From NCBI GenBank assembly GCA_963818475.1, contig CAWFSF010000002.1:768001-832000 (forward strand): 64,000 nt of DNA, given 5' to 3'. Of this stretch, positions 11,173 to 22,023 are shown in pieces. The first letter of the stretch is position 1. Every line of letters begins with the position of its first letter. A model generated the notes under the pieces. It worked only from the letters and a program-made list of their open reading frames with translations, ran no database searches and was not told the origin of the DNA. The translations under genes were made by a program, and so were the position numbers. The stretch is from Nitrospirota bacterium (GTDB taxonomy: Bacteria > Nitrospirota > UBA9217).

Positions 11173-11682
11173 TTAGGACTCGCCCTTCTGTCCCACAAAA
11201 AAATCCTGCTTGTCCCTGAACAGAACATTAAAGGTCGTGAAGGAACCATAGATGCGCGTGATGTATTGCTGCAGCTCCACCTTCTCCGTGTCGGAAAGGA
11301 CCTTATGGGCGTTGATCTGCGCCTCCATGACCCGCAGCCGGTCGCGGGCCATCACGATCTTGTGGAAAAAGGTCTCGATCGGTATGCTCTTTGAGGCCAG
11401 ACCCGCATCGCCCGGTTTCAGGACCATCTCTCCGTTCTTCCAGCGGGGGGCCAGCTCTATCCTCGGCAGCTCCTCGCGGTTCACCTCGAAGGCGGCAAGC
11501 TTCATCATCTCGTAGGCCGTGGTCTCCGCTTCGGAAAGCATCTGGAGCTCGTCCTCGATCACCTGCGACTGTTTATCGCGCCGCGGGAAATAGACCGTGC
11601 AGTCGCCGCCGGACGCCTCCAGGACACGCCCGATCCCCTGTTCGTCGTGGCGCACCAGATCACCTTTTACAAAGTCGGTCAT
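11173..11682 (-). CDS. Conserved hypothetical protein
   Basis: RBS GGAGG; [24 protein letters not shown]...[11 protein letters not shown]. Confidence 0.75.
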   Translation of the reverse strand: MTDFVKGDLVRHDEQGIGRVLEASGGDCTVYFPRRDKQSQVIEDELQMLSEAETTAYEMMKLAAFEVNREELPRIELAPRWKNGEMVLKPGDAGLASKSIPIETFFHKIVMARDRLRVMEAQINAHKVLSDTEKVELQQYITRIYGSFTTFNVLFRDKQDFFVGQKGES

Positions 11683-11741
11683 AATGGTCCTCCTGGGAAG
11701 TGCGGTATCAATCAAAGCGAAGAATAAAATTCAAAAAAATA

Positions 11742-11852
11742 TTGCCACGAAGGCACGAAGACACAAAGAACATCTTTCTAGAAAAATTGAGGTAATAAAA
11801 CCCCAAAGAAGCGCCCAGGCTTTTCTTCGCGACTTCGTGTCTTCGTGGCAAA
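11742..11852. repeat. 9-mer periodic inverted repeat
   Basis: TTGCCACGAAGGCACGAAGACACAAAG / CTTCGCGACTTCGTGTCTTCGTGGCAA. Confidence 0.8.
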
Positions 11853-11864
11853 TTTGTTCCGCTA

Positions 11865-12197
11865 TTAAAAATCCGGGAACATCCGCAGGGAGATCTCTCT
11901 GCCATCCGCAGATTTCGCCTGCGCCTGGAGAATGCCGCCTTCGATGTAGGCGAGCTTGAAATTGGTGAACCCGCGGGAAACGAAGTTCTGCGCGTCGGCA
12001 GGACAGCCGCCCTCGCACCCGGCAATGCCTTTTACCAGCTTCGGCACCAGTCCGCGAAAATCAAGCCCTGTTGTTGCCGCGCCCTGAGCAGAAAGAAAGG
12101 TCTCGATCTTGACCACGGTGGATTCAACATCCAGCCGAAAGGGATCGGGGATCGGGATGGATAAGGACTTGCCGGCAACTTTTACATCGAGCTCCAT
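11865..12197 (-). CDS. Hypothetical protein (CEGGCP motif)
   Basis: 110-aa ORF with GGAGG RBS. Confidence 0.65.
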   Translation of the reverse strand: MELDVKVAGKSLSIPIPDPFRLDVESTVVKIETFLSAQGAATTGLDFRGLVPKLVKGIAGCEGGCPADAQNFVSRGFTNFKLAYIEGGILQAQAKSADGREISLRMFPDF

Positions 12198-12472
12198 TCA
12201 GCAACCTCCAAAGGTATGTCACATCACATCATCACGAATTGAAGAAATCGCAACAAACCTATTTTCACCACAGCGGTACAGCGAAAACAGTAGCGTTCTC
12301 AGATCGATTATCTTCGTGTCTCTGTGCAGGTTTTGACTTTTTACGATTCATCTTTATTGATAATACAGAAAAACGCAGCATATTGCAACTGATGTCCGTG
12401 TCGGGTCGATTTACAGCAGACTGGGCCGTTAGTAACTAAAGAATAAAATTCTTCTCAAAATGGCAAGAAAGT

Positions 12473-12566
12473 TTACCACGAAGAACACGAAGCGCGCGAA
12501 GTAAAAAATCAATATTTTTGTTTTGTCTTTTTCACTTTTTCGTGATCTTCGTGCCCTTCGTGGTGA
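12473..12566. repeat. 9-mer periodic inverted repeat
   Basis: ACCACGAAGAACACGAAGCGCGCGAAG / TTCGTGATCTTCGTGCCCTTCGTGGT. Confidence 0.8.
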
Positions 12567-12595
12567 AAAGTCTTTTTGGCTCCGGCATGTCCGGA

Positions 12596-13741
12596 TCAGG
12601 AAGTGTGGAGTATGCCATCAATTGCCGCGAACAGCTTGTTGATGTCACGCTCGTTGTTATAAAAATGGGGTGACACCCGGATGCCGCCTCCCCGGACGTT
12701 CACCATGATAGCTTTCTCGCGCAGCGCATCCTTCATCATCGCGGGATCGAATGTTCCTGAGAACGTGATGATCCCGCCCCGCGCCCGCCTGTCCTTTGGC
12801 GTCAGGACCGCAAAGCCTCTTGCTTCAGCCTCGTGAATGATCAGGTCACCAAGGCCAAGGACCTGTTCTTCTATCGCGCTGATCCCGATCTCGAAAAGAA
12901 GCTCGATCGCCGCTCCAAGGCCGATGATGCCCATGAGGTTCTGGGAGCCTTCCTCGAACCGCAGGGCGTCGGTCTTGAGCTTGAGGGCCGTGTGCTCGAA
13001 GGCGAACTCGTTCTGCACGCTTTTCCATCCGATAAGCGGAGGAGCAAGCTGCTCTGCCAGTTCTTTTCTGCAATAGAAGATGCCGATGCCTTCAGGCCCG
13101 AGCAGCCATTTGTGCGCGTCAGCTGAAAGAAAGTCGATGGTGTATTCCTGAACATCCATGGGCAGCACGCCAAGGCTCTGGATCGCGTCAACACAGAGGA
13201 GCACCTTATGTGCCTTACAGAGTTCTCCGAGCTGCTTGAGGTCGATCCGGAACCCGTTTACGAACTGGACCGATGACAGGGCGAGCAGCCGCGTTTTCTG
13301 ATCCATGAGCTTCTCGATGTCCTCGGTAAGGATCCTGTTGCCGCGGGACGGGATCATCCGGACCTCGACGCCACGCGCCTTAAGGTTCAGCCAGGGGTAG
13401 AGGTTGGAGGGGAATTCTTTTTCATAGACAAGGACGTTGTCGCCCGGCTTCCAGTCAAGACCGTCCGCAACGAGCGAAAGCCCGTGGGACGTGCTTTTCA
13501 CGAAGGCGATCTCTTCAGCCTCGGCATTGATCAGCCGTGCACAGGCGCGCCTGACCTCGACCACCTGCTGCGCCCATTTCGGGTAATGGAATGCCCCGCC
13601 ACCAGTAGCTTCTCTCAGGAACAGCTCGACAGCCGACTGCACCCTGAGCGACAGAGGCGCAACACCTGCGTGATCAAGATAGAGATGTTTTTCCGTGACG
13701 GGAAATTCCCGGCGATAGGGTTCGAGGCGTTCGTTGTTCAT
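12596..13741 (-). CDS. Class V aminotransferase (cysteine desulfurase/lyase-like)
   Basis: YLDHAG, VDAIQS, ADAHKWLLGP, IRVSPHFYN. Confidence 0.88.
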   Translation of the reverse strand: MNNERLEPYRREFPVTEKHLYLDHAGVAPLSLRVQSAVELFLREATGGGAFHYPKWAQQVVEVRRACARLINAEAEEIAFVKSTSHGLSLVADGLDWKPGDNVLVYEKEFPSNLYPWLNLKARGVEVRMIPSRGNRILTEDIEKLMDQKTRLLALSSVQFVNGFRIDLKQLGELCKAHKVLLCVDAIQSLGVLPMDVQEYTIDFLSADAHKWLLGPEGIGIFYCRKELAEQLAPPLIGWKSVQNEFAFEHTALKLKTDALRFEEGSQNLMGIIGLGAAIELLFEIGISAIEEQVLGLGDLIIHEAEARGFAVLTPKDRRARGGIITFSGTFDPAMMKDALREKAIMVNVRGGGIRVSPHFYNNERDINKLFAAIDGILHTS

Positions 13742-13782
13742 GGGTTTCCAATGCTGATGTTTCGTAAAAAGTTCCCCGTGCG

Positions 13783-13925
13783 GTCATTGCGAGGAGCGGA
13801 GCGACGCGGCAATCCCGGGAAGTTACGAACGGCGAGATTGCTACGCTCGCAAGATCGGCTTAACAGACCTATTCCGAATACAACACTATTCGTCACTCCC
13901 GAAAGGTGCTATCGGGGGTCCAGAG
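13783..13925. repeat. GTCA-type palindromic repeats next to GIY-YIG
   Basis: GTCATTGCGAGGAGCGGAGCGACGCGGCAATC...GAGATTGCTACGCTCGCAA and GTCACTCCCGAAAGGTGCTATCGGGGGTCCAG. Confidence 0.65.
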
Positions 13926-14247
13926 GTTTCGTTCCATCCTTCTTTCGAGCGGCAAGGGTTCTTTTTTTCCTGCTTTTCACCAGCCGTTCCTTCTCTTCCC
14001 GCGTCAGTTTCTTTATCGCACATTCCCGCTTCAGCGCTTCGCCGCGGTCCGCACAAGGCTCCTGATAGACCCTCACGACCGGCAGCCGGCTGCGGGTGCA
14101 GCGCGAAGCGGTGCCGTTGTTATGCTGATCCAGTCTGCGTTCGAGGTCCGTGGTGATGCCGGTATAAAAGGTGTTGTCCCTGCACCTGAGGATGTAGAGG
14201 AACCATCGGGTCTCCGTCTTTTTTGTTACGCGCTCCCTGCCTGCCAT
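13909..14247 (-). CDS. GIY-YIG nuclease family protein (UPF0213)
   Basis: WFLYILRCRDNTFYTGITTDLERRLDQHN...ALKRECAIKKL. Confidence 0.88.
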   Translation of the reverse strand: MAGRERVTKKTETRWFLYILRCRDNTFYTGITTDLERRLDQHNNGTASRCTRSRLPVVRVYQEPCADRGEALKRECAIKKLTREEKERLVKSRKKRTLAARKKDGTKPLDPR

Positions 14248-14267
14248 GACGGAAATACTATCCAACT

Positions 14268-14591
14268 GTGCAGGTAATAGCAAGCAATTTCGCTTCTAAA
14301 GAATTAGACGGCCTATATAGTGTTACTACCAGCAACCTGAATAAAGCGGTCAACAGAAACAAAGAGCAATTCCCTGAAGATTTTATGGTTCAATTGAGTC
14401 TTGAGGAGTTCAACAACTTGAAATTCCATTTTGGAACATCAAGTTGGGGCGGGACGCTGAAACCACCGCGCGCTATCACGGAACAGATGATCGCAATGCT
14501 TTCTAGCTTGCTGAACAGCAAACGAGCAATTCAGGTCAACATCGAAATTATGAGAGCTTTCGTGAAGCTGCGGGAGATGATGATCTCATAA
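14268..14591 (+). pseudogene. ORF6N-domain protein, apparently truncated
   Basis: LYSVTTSNLNKAVNRNKEQFPEDFMVQLS...AITEQMIAMLSSLLNSKRAIQVNIEIMRAFVKLR; lacks the usual N- and C-termini. Confidence 0.7.
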
Positions 14592-14670
14592 GAATCTTCC
14601 GCGCAAGTTGAGAGGCGGGGTACCTGCGGATACCTATACGAATCCCTCATTTTGCTGCAGGGATCTTCAG

Positions 14671-15243
14671 TTAATCACGGCCCAGATAGTTTATGAGCAG
14701 GGGAAAGAACCGGAGAAAATGGGCGTTCAAAACATGATAATGTATCTCCAATTCCTCAACGGCCGAGCACAGGTTATTTTCTCTTCTCAGTCTTGCTGAT
14801 ATTCTTTTGAACGCTTTATCTATGCCTTCTATGGATCCATAGGAGCTCAGCCAGTCTTCTTTTATCATCCTTTCAATACACAGCGCAGCTGCGGGAGGAA
14901 TGCCGCTCTTTTGGTTCTGCAGGTTTTTATAAACAATTTCAATAAAATCATCCAGACCGGTTTTGGTGTACCGGTTCCAGTTCCTGGATAAAAAATGGTC
15001 ATATAGGACGTCAATGATGATACCTGAAAACCTGCATCGGGCTTCGCTGATTAATTTCTTGCTGGATGAAACGACAGGGTGTGTGTCGGTAAAATGATCT
15101 ATTCTGCGGTGACGAATGATCCCGTCGACGATCTCCTGCGGAAATTTGCCCTCTGCATTTCCTTTGACGAAATCCCCCATAAAATTCCCGAGCATCGAAA
15201 GAGGGGTATTGTCGGACAAGAACATATGGGCGAGGTAATTCAT
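14671..15243 (-). CDS. acpH: ACP phosphodiesterase
   Basis: MNYLAHMFLS...GNFMGDFVKG...HRRIDHFTD...DVLYDHFL. Confidence 0.88.
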   Translation of the reverse strand: MNYLAHMFLSDNTPLSMLGNFMGDFVKGNAEGKFPQEIVDGIIRHRRIDHFTDTHPVVSSSKKLISEARCRFSGIIIDVLYDHFLSRNWNRYTKTGLDDFIEIVYKNLQNQKSGIPPAAALCIERMIKEDWLSSYGSIEGIDKAFKRISARLRRENNLCSAVEELEIHYHVLNAHFLRFFPLLINYLGRD

Positions 15244-15346
15244 ATTCTTGATGCCTCGGTCATTTCACCTTTAGGTGGGATGTATGACAGGGGCGACGAG
15301 GGAACGCCCCTGCGATGCACCTCCGCGCCGATCGCGGAAAAGGGAG

Positions 15347-16000
15347 TCACGCTGCTGCCCGGCGCTGGAAGTTCTGGAGGATCTGCATCACGTCCGCATC
15401 GGTCACCTGCCGAAAATTCTCGTAGTAGCTGCCGACAGACATGAAATCCCCGGGCATGTCCAGGCAAACAAAGACGCCGATCATCCGTTGCAGTTCCGCT
15501 GCGGTCTCGCGCGGGGCAACCGGTACGGCGACGATGAGCTTCCCGACCTGTTCGCGCTTCACCGTTTCCACGGCCGCCTTCATCGTAGCGCCGGTGGCAA
15601 CGCCGTCATCGACGAGAATAACGGTCTTGCCCCGAAGGTCCACGAGCCTTTGTCCGCTTCGGTACAGCTGCCGCATGCGGGCAATCTCCTCCTGTAGTCG
15701 CGCTGCCTCGCCGCGCAGATACTCCTTGGTGACGCCGTCCGATGCAACAAGGTCTTCGTTATAGACAATGCTGCCCGTTTCAGAAATCGCGCCGACGGCG
15801 AGCTCGGTCTGCCAGGGGTGTCCTATTTTCCGAACAATGAGGACGTCCAGGGGGGCCCTTAGGCGATTTGCGATCTCGACAGCGGTGACGACCCCGCCCC
15901 GGGGAAGCGCGAGTACGAGAATGTTCTCCTGCCCGATATATTCCTTTAAACTCTCCGCAAGCTGTGTTCCGGCATCTTTTCTGTCTTTGAACATGGTCAA
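15347..16000 (-). CDS. Phosphoribosyltransferase
   Basis: FKDRKDAG, LALPRGGV, VILVDDGVATGATM. Confidence 0.9.
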   Translation of the reverse strand: MTMFKDRKDAGTQLAESLKEYIGQENILVLALPRGGVVTAVEIANRLRAPLDVLIVRKIGHPWQTELAVGAISETGSIVYNEDLVASDGVTKEYLRGEAARLQEEIARMRQLYRSGQRLVDLRGKTVILVDDGVATGATMKAAVETVKREQVGKLIVAVPVAPRETAAELQRMIGVFVCLDMPGDFMSVGSYYENFRQVTDADVMQILQNFQRRAAA

Positions 16001-16122
16001 TTCTCCTGATACCTAATATAATATTATCAAAGAAGGTTCTGAAGCGTGGCCTTTATATATGCGAATCACCGCAAATTACGGGTCATAAGTATTAGTGATT
16101 TTCGCAAGTAACGTCATTACTA

Positions 16123-17058
16123 TTGTTCAAAAAAATGATTGATTCGAACTTCATACCAGCCTATCTCAAACTCCCTTCCCGCATATTGACGCACAAGGCG
16201 GAACGTGCGGAAGAAATGCTGAAGAGCTGTAAACTCTGCCCGCGTGAGTGCAAGGTCGACAGGACCACGCGCAAGCGGGGATTCTGCAGAACAGGGGACA
16301 AGCCCTTTGTTTCGAGCTGGGGGCCCCACTTCGGAGAGGAGCGTCCGCTCGTCGGCCGGCACGGCTCGGGCGCCATCTTCTTCGGGTACTGCAATCTCGG
16401 CTGCCTTTTCTGCCAGAATTATGAAATCAGCCACCTGGGCGAAGGAAGAGAGATGTCCGTTGAGCAGCTCGCCGGGATAATGCTCGAACTCCAGCAGGAC
16501 CGCTGCCACAACATCAACCTCGTCACGCCGACCCACCAGATGCCCATGATCCTTCGCGCCCTATCCATAGCCGCAGGGCAAGGCCTTGCTGTTCCGATCG
16601 TGTACAACTGCGGGGGGTACGAGTCGCTCGAAGCCATCAAGCTCCTGGATGGGGCCATAGATATCTACATGCCGGACTTCAAGTATGCTGATCCTGAAAT
16701 GTCCTTAAAATATTCAAAGGCCAAAGATTATCCTGCTGTGGCAAAGGCAGTTATTAAAGAGATGCATCGCCAGGTAGGAGATCTGGTGATGGATGAGACG
16801 GGCCTGGCGCTGCGAGGTCTTCTGCTGCGGCATCTCGTCCTGCCCAAAGGGATCGCCGGGACCGGGGAGGTCGTACGGTTCATCGCTGAAGAACTATCAA
16901 AGAACACGTACGTGAACATCATGGACCAGCACCGTCCGTGCTACAAGGCATTCGGCAATCCGCCTCTCGACCGGAGGATCACGGAAAGAGAATTCGCCGA
17001 GGCCGTTAAGCTCGCCCGGGAAGCAGGCCTGAGCCGGCTCGACAGCGTGACCGTGTGA
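16123..17058 (+). CDS. Radical SAM protein, PflX-like
   Basis: CKLCPRECKVDR, HFGEE, CNLGCLFCQN, DIYMPDFKY. Confidence 0.88.
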   Translation: MFKKMIDSNFIPAYLKLPSRILTHKAERAEEMLKSCKLCPRECKVDRTTRKRGFCRTGDKPFVSSWGPHFGEERPLVGRHGSGAIFFGYCNLGCLFCQNYEISHLGEGREMSVEQLAGIMLELQQDRCHNINLVTPTHQMPMILRALSIAAGQGLAVPIVYNCGGYESLEAIKLLDGAIDIYMPDFKYADPEMSLKYSKAKDYPAVAKAVIKEMHRQVGDLVMDETGLALRGLLLRHLVLPKGIAGTGEVVRFIAEELSKNTYVNIMDQHRPCYKAFGNPPLDRRITEREFAEAVKLAREAGLSRLDSVTV

Positions 17059-17305
17059 GCGCCTATCCCCCGGAACTGTGTGAAGGAGCGGGGACGCCTT
17101 ATCATCGCGGTCATTTCCCTGCTCTCCTTTTGTCCCGCTTCTGTTTATTTTATTCACGATCGCCGTGATGCTTGCGGCGCTCGTCACGTGGACAAAAACA
17201 TCGTGCTGCACTATCGTTGCCGTGCTTCCGGGAATTCCGGCATTCCTTGTCCGGGAGCGGATCACGCGGAAAAGGTCATCGCAGCCGCGAGGAGACAGTC
17301 CTGTC

Positions 17306-18148
17306 ATGAATGACCGAGATTGCGTCGAGTTCCTCCAGTGGTCGCTCCCGCTGCTCCGCATGCGATGGCAGGGGTTCCGGAAGGTCCGCGGACAGGTCTG
17401 CAAGCGCATCGACCGCCGCCTGCGCGAACTGGGGCTTCCGGACGTTGCGTCGTACCGGATGTTCCTGGAAACGAACGACGCCGAATGGGCAACGCTCGGT
17501 TCCCTCTGCAACATTACGATCTCGCGTTTCTACCGGGACCGTGAAGTATTCCAGTTTATCGAACAGGAAGTGCTCGGGACCTTGTCCGAAGACGCGCTGG
17601 CGCGGGGGGAGAACGAGCTTCGGTGCTGGAGCATCGGCTGCGCCTCCGGCGAAGAGCCTTACACGCTGGCGCTTTTGTGGGACCTGGTCATGACACGCCG
17701 GTTCCCTGCCCTTTCGTTCACGATCCTGGCGACCGATTTCGACCCCGTGATGATCAGGCGGGCTGAGGAAGGGTGTTACAAGTCCGGCAGCTTCACGGGC
17801 CTGCCCGCGGGATGGCACAAGCTCGCATTTTTCCGCAAGGAGGAGCTTTCGTGCATCAGGGAGGAAGAGCGAAGCAGAGTGAATTTTCTCGTCCAGGACA
17901 TAAGGAATGCCGCGCCAGAAGACCGGCACCATCTCATTCTCTGCAGGAACCTGGCCTTCACCTACTTTGATCCTTCATTACAGCAGGAGGTTCTTGAGCG
18001 TATCAATGACAGGTTGCTGCCCGGCGGCGCGCTCGTTATCGGCGTCCATGAATCATTGCCTGACGCAGGCCGCGCCCTTGAGCCCTGGCCCGGAGGCCGG
18101 GGAATTTTCCGGAAAGCGTCGTCGAAACAGCATACCAGGGTATCATGA
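17306..18148 (+). CDS. CheR-family methyltransferase
   Basis: ITISRFYRD, WSIGCASGEEPYT, LILCRN. Confidence 0.88.
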   Translation: MNDRDCVEFLQWSLPLLRMRWQGFRKVRGQVCKRIDRRLRELGLPDVASYRMFLETNDAEWATLGSLCNITISRFYRDREVFQFIEQEVLGTLSEDALARGENELRCWSIGCASGEEPYTLALLWDLVMTRRFPALSFTILATDFDPVMIRRAEEGCYKSGSFTGLPAGWHKLAFFRKEELSCIREEERSRVNFLVQDIRNAAPEDRHHLILCRNLAFTYFDPSLQQEVLERINDRLLPGGALVIGVHESLPDAGRALEPWPGGRGIFRKASSKQHTRVS

Positions 18149-18892
18149 CGATTCCGGAGAAGATTGTGAACCTGAAGATTTCTCCGGGGCGAAGTCGGCG
18201 CTCATTTTTCTGAGCCGCTCCTCGACAACCGGATAGAGAATAAGCTCTTCCTCCTCGAACTCCCCGAAGGTCGGATGGATCGCCGCGAGCCTCGTGCGCA
18301 GGGCCTGGATACGTTCTTTCGTGCTGAAGCTCACCATGCATGCGGGATGGACATCGACTCCGTACCGTGCGAGATGTTCGAGGGCCTTGAGCTGCAGGCC
18401 GAATGCAGCGGGCTGCGCGCCCGTGAGTCGGGAGAACTCCTCCTCGCAGGTCCCCTTGAGGCTCACGCGCACGTGGAGATGGGAAAATTGCGCAAGGTCC
18501 CGGGCGTAGGTTTCGTCATGCCCGATGAGGATGCCGTTCGTCTCCAGGATGAAGAGGTACTCTTCCGGGATCAGTTCGAGAACTTTGAGAAGATGCTCGC
18601 GGCAGAGGGTGGGCTCGTTCCCGCTGATCCTGAGCCTCGTGAGCTTCTTTGCCTTCGCAATCCCGATGAGCCGGTGCGCAACGTCCCGGGGCGCGTAGAA
18701 GGAGCCGACTATCTCCGGACGGGTGGTCACGTTCCATGACCAGCAGAAGACGCACCGGAGGTTGCAGCCCACGCAGTCCGCAGTCGCTATGCCTCCGTAG
18801 AACTTTGCCGGCCTGAAGCGGTAGTATTTCCTCCGGTCTCCGCTGCAGACGATCGATTGGGTTGCTTCCGCTGTCTTCAGGGGATCGTACAT
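18143..18892 (-). CDS. Radical SAM protein
   Basis: FYGGIATADCVGCNLRCVFCW, RISGNEP, ETNG. Confidence 0.88.
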   Translation of the reverse strand: MYDPLKTAEATQSIVCSGDRRKYYRFRPAKFYGGIATADCVGCNLRCVFCWSWNVTTRPEIVGSFYAPRDVAHRLIGIAKAKKLTRLRISGNEPTLCREHLLKVLELIPEEYLFILETNGILIGHDETYARDLAQFSHLHVRVSLKGTCEEEFSRLTGAQPAAFGLQLKALEHLARYGVDVHPACMVSFSTKERIQALRTRLAAIHPTFGEFEEEELILYPVVEERLRKMSADFAPEKSSGSQSSPESS

Positions 18893-19090
18893 TGCACCCC
18901 CATTTCTTTGGAGATAGTCGGTGCATAATCTGCACCTTGCCATAGAGCATCTTCCAGAATACGGCTATGACTATGATTTTATCACGGGAAAAAGAAGAGA
19001 GACCGAAGGATTGTCCTCCCAATAACTTTCGAGAGACCGGAAAAATGCCTGTGCTATGATAGAAGAGGAGAACGGACCGTCCAGCTGAAG

Positions 19091-19657
19091 ATGGCGGTGA
19101 ACGTCAAAGAGGACACCATGCAGGAATGGAACGCGCTCATCAGCGTAAAGGAGCACGGCTTCAGGCAGGCCCTCGATGTGTTCGGCGAGTTCGGCGAGGT
19201 AAAGCGCACCGAATTCTATAATATTATACTGCTTCGGGCCAGGGACGTCGCGCACATGCTCGAAACACTGCGCGAGCGCTCGCAGAAGTCACCGGAGTTC
19301 CTTGCTTTTCTCGCCAGGCTCATTCCCATAACCAGGACATTCATCTTCAATTCGCCGGAAGAGTTCGAAGACCGTGCACGGAGCGCGGTCCTCGGCTGGA
19401 CGCCGCAGCTTTCAGGCAAATCGTTTTTCGTGCGCATCCACCGGCGCGGCTTCAAAGGCAGGCTCTCGACCATGGACGAGGAACGGGCACTCGACACCCT
19501 GCTGTTGGAAGAACTGGAAAAAACAGGCAACCCCGGAAGGATCGCGTTCGAGGACCCTGACATGGTCATCGCCATAGAGACGGTGGGCCAGTGGGCCGGG
19601 CTTTCCCTCTTCACCAGGGAAGAGGGAAAGCGATATCCGTTTGTTCGCGTCGAATAA
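19091..19657 (+). CDS. THUMP-domain protein
   Basis: SFFVRIHRRG...IAFEDPDMVIAIE. Confidence 0.75.
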   Translation: MAVNVKEDTMQEWNALISVKEHGFRQALDVFGEFGEVKRTEFYNIILLRARDVAHMLETLRERSQKSPEFLAFLARLIPITRTFIFNSPEEFEDRARSAVLGWTPQLSGKSFFVRIHRRGFKGRLSTMDEERALDTLLLEELEKTGNPGRIAFEDPDMVIAIETVGQWAGLSLFTREEGKRYPFVRVE

Positions 19658-20043
19658 TCGGAACCCGTGCCTTACTGTTCGGCCGGTTCCAAACGTCCTT
19701 CGTCCCTTTCTCTTTGCCTGACCGGTGAAGCAGCGTAGGGTCAGCTTTTTGGGCCATTCGCGGGAGAGGCATCGTCTCGCAGAGTGACAGCGGGAAGTCT
19801 TAAACTCTGGAGTTCCTGTGGCATGATTTGCAGAATGCTGCATGAAATAGTGATTCTCTGATATGTTCATTTCGCATTCACTTCTTCCTGTAGTCTGCGA
19901 TCGATGCCGGTGATCAGATTGCGCACCTTACAAACTGTATCAGCGAATAGGTCGGCACTTGACGACGTGAATCATGGGTTGTGGTAAACTTTCCGTGTCT
20001 CACGAGAAATCTTATAATAACTTGTTCGCAAAGGAGACTCAAT

Positions 20044-20760
20044 ATGAACAAGGTTAGACGATTGTCAACAGCGACAGAGCAATTCGGACAAACAGCTGTG
20101 AAGATGTATAAGGGCCCTCTTGGCATTATTGCGCTCTTCATTGTCTTGATTCATGGCTTCGCTAGTATGGTGCTTGGATTCGCAGAGAACATCGGAGAGG
20201 AGAATCGCTCCATTCTAGTCTGGTTTCTGGTGCTGTTTCCCGTGTTTGTCTTCACGGTCTTCGCATGGCTTGTGAGTACTCGTCACCAGAAACTGTATCC
20301 CCCAGGAGCTTTTCGGAATGAGGAGCTTTTCCGCGATCTGGCCTTGCCTTGGGGTGAGTCTGCTTTTGATATGCGGAACTCTTTAGCAAGCCCTCCTGAG
20401 AAAGCCACCTTGATTCCGAGCTATCTGGTGAACAGTGCGACGGGCAATTTGTATTGGCTGGGTCACGATCTCATGTGGACCGCGGACACGCTGCTGCGAC
20501 AAGGCCCGGCGGAACAAGTCATTATCGGACTGGACCAAGCCTTACACCACCTAGTCCACGTGGGACTGGGGGAAACGCCATTCGAACTCGATCTACAGGC
20601 CTTGCGTGCACAAATCCAGTCCTCGAAAGAGCTTTCGGCTTCGCTCCGAGACGAGTATGCAAACAAGATTGGCGCAATCATCGACAGAATAGGAGCGACA
20701 CTGGAAGCGGCGCAGAGCGATTTCCAAGTGCCCCCGCATTGGAATCGCGTTCGAAGCTAG
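20044..20760 (+). CDS. Hypothetical membrane protein
   Basis: AGGAG RBS; two N-terminal TM segments. Confidence 0.7.
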   Translation: MNKVRRLSTATEQFGQTAVKMYKGPLGIIALFIVLIHGFASMVLGFAENIGEENRSILVWFLVLFPVFVFTVFAWLVSTRHQKLYPPGAFRNEELFRDLALPWGESAFDMRNSLASPPEKATLIPSYLVNSATGNLYWLGHDLMWTADTLLRQGPAEQVIIGLDQALHHLVHVGLGETPFELDLQALRAQIQSSKELSASLRDEYANKIGAIIDRIGATLEAAQSDFQVPPHWNRVRS

Positions 20761-20823
20761 TTGCCATTTGCTGGATAGGGCGAAGGAGGCTAGCGTCGTA
20801 CGGGGACGGCCTCTGCAATCCCC

Positions 20824-21353
20824 TCATCCTCTCTCCTTCAGTTGCGTGAGCAAAGCAGGGTCCCTTTTCTCGGACATCGGGCGGGTGTTCCTGAACATCT
20901 GTGCAAGGTTCAGCCAACGAGGGTCGGCCATGATCTCCTCCAAGAAAGCGGGGCCTTAGTTGGGGTTATATGTGGGAGGTATATGTTAAGTAAAGAAAGA
21001 GTGGGAGAGAAGGAGGGGAGGGAGGGGGGGAGAGGTGACCTCCAGGATAAGCGTGATCTCCGTTGCCTGCTCCTTGCCCTCGGCTAGCGCGAGATGCACG
21101 GCCAGGCTGTGCGGCTGGCTATGGACCGAAATGATCGTTACGGGGTCAAGTACAGCATGCCATTGCCGAGTTTTTATTTCTCGACCTCCCGGGCAACCTC
21201 CTGGACAGTGCCGATGTGTAAGCCCATTGCCGACAGGATTGCCATTCTCGATTCTTTCGAGATGAGGTGTCTCGTCCCGAAGATGTCGTAATACTCGGGT
21301 ATGATGCCGACAAGTTCGGAGAGCTCGGCTATTATCTTATCGTAGTGTTCCAT
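20824..21353 (-). pseudogene. 4-alpha-glucanotransferase (MalQ)-like remnant with a large internal deletion
   Basis: N-terminal LSELVGIIPEYYDIFG...AILSAMGL and C-terminal LEEIMADPRW joined across a low-complexity tract. Confidence 0.55.
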
Positions 21354-21599
21354 ATAAAGAAAATAGTACCACGTCCTATCAAAATATGCTGACCAGGCGC
21401 GTTGCAAAAAAAGCGCTGCCGCTTCCCCCGGCGCATCCCCTGGGCCTGGGCGGCCTACGGCTGCTTCTCCGTGCTTGCCCGATCCTCGCGATCATGCTTG
21501 CCTTGGCAGGGTACCAATACGTGCTGCTCTGCGGCGCAGCGGCTCCAGGCCATCAAATATTAGCCAAAAATGGTATAATCACCGTCAAAGGAGAAACTT

Positions 21600-22013
21600 A
21601 TGAAAACAACAGCGGGTTTGTGGATTGACCACAAAAAAGCAGTGATCGTGGTGGTTACAGCCAAAGGAGAGGAAATAAAACTGATAATATCAAAGGTTGA
21701 AAAACAGCCCGGACGTTCTGGTGGTGTACGTACTACGGCTCCCTATGAACAGCAAGTTCTGGCAGATGACAGTCTGGAGAGAGTGTTTAGGGGACATCTT
21801 AACGTTTACTATGATGCAGTAATTGCGTGTATTCGTGGCGCAGAGGCTATCCTGATATTTGGTCCAGGTGAGGCAAAGGGCGAATTGAAAAAACGTATCC
21901 AGAGAAGTAAGCTCAGCGGACGCATCGTAGGAATTGAAACTGTTGACAAGATGTCTCATCGTCAAATTTCAGCTAGAGTTCGACAGCACTTTTCAAATAG
22001 AGTTCGGCAATAG
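21600..22013 (+). CDS. Host-attachment/eRF1-domain-like protein
   Basis: GLWIDHKKAVIV...ILIFGPGEAKGEL...ETVDKMS. Confidence 0.7.
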   Translation: MKTTAGLWIDHKKAVIVVVTAKGEEIKLIISKVEKQPGRSGGVRTTAPYEQQVLADDSLERVFRGHLNVYYDAVIACIRGAEAILIFGPGEAKGELKKRIQRSKLSGRIVGIETVDKMSHRQISARVRQHFSNRVRQ

Positions 22014-22023
22014 GATCGAGATA

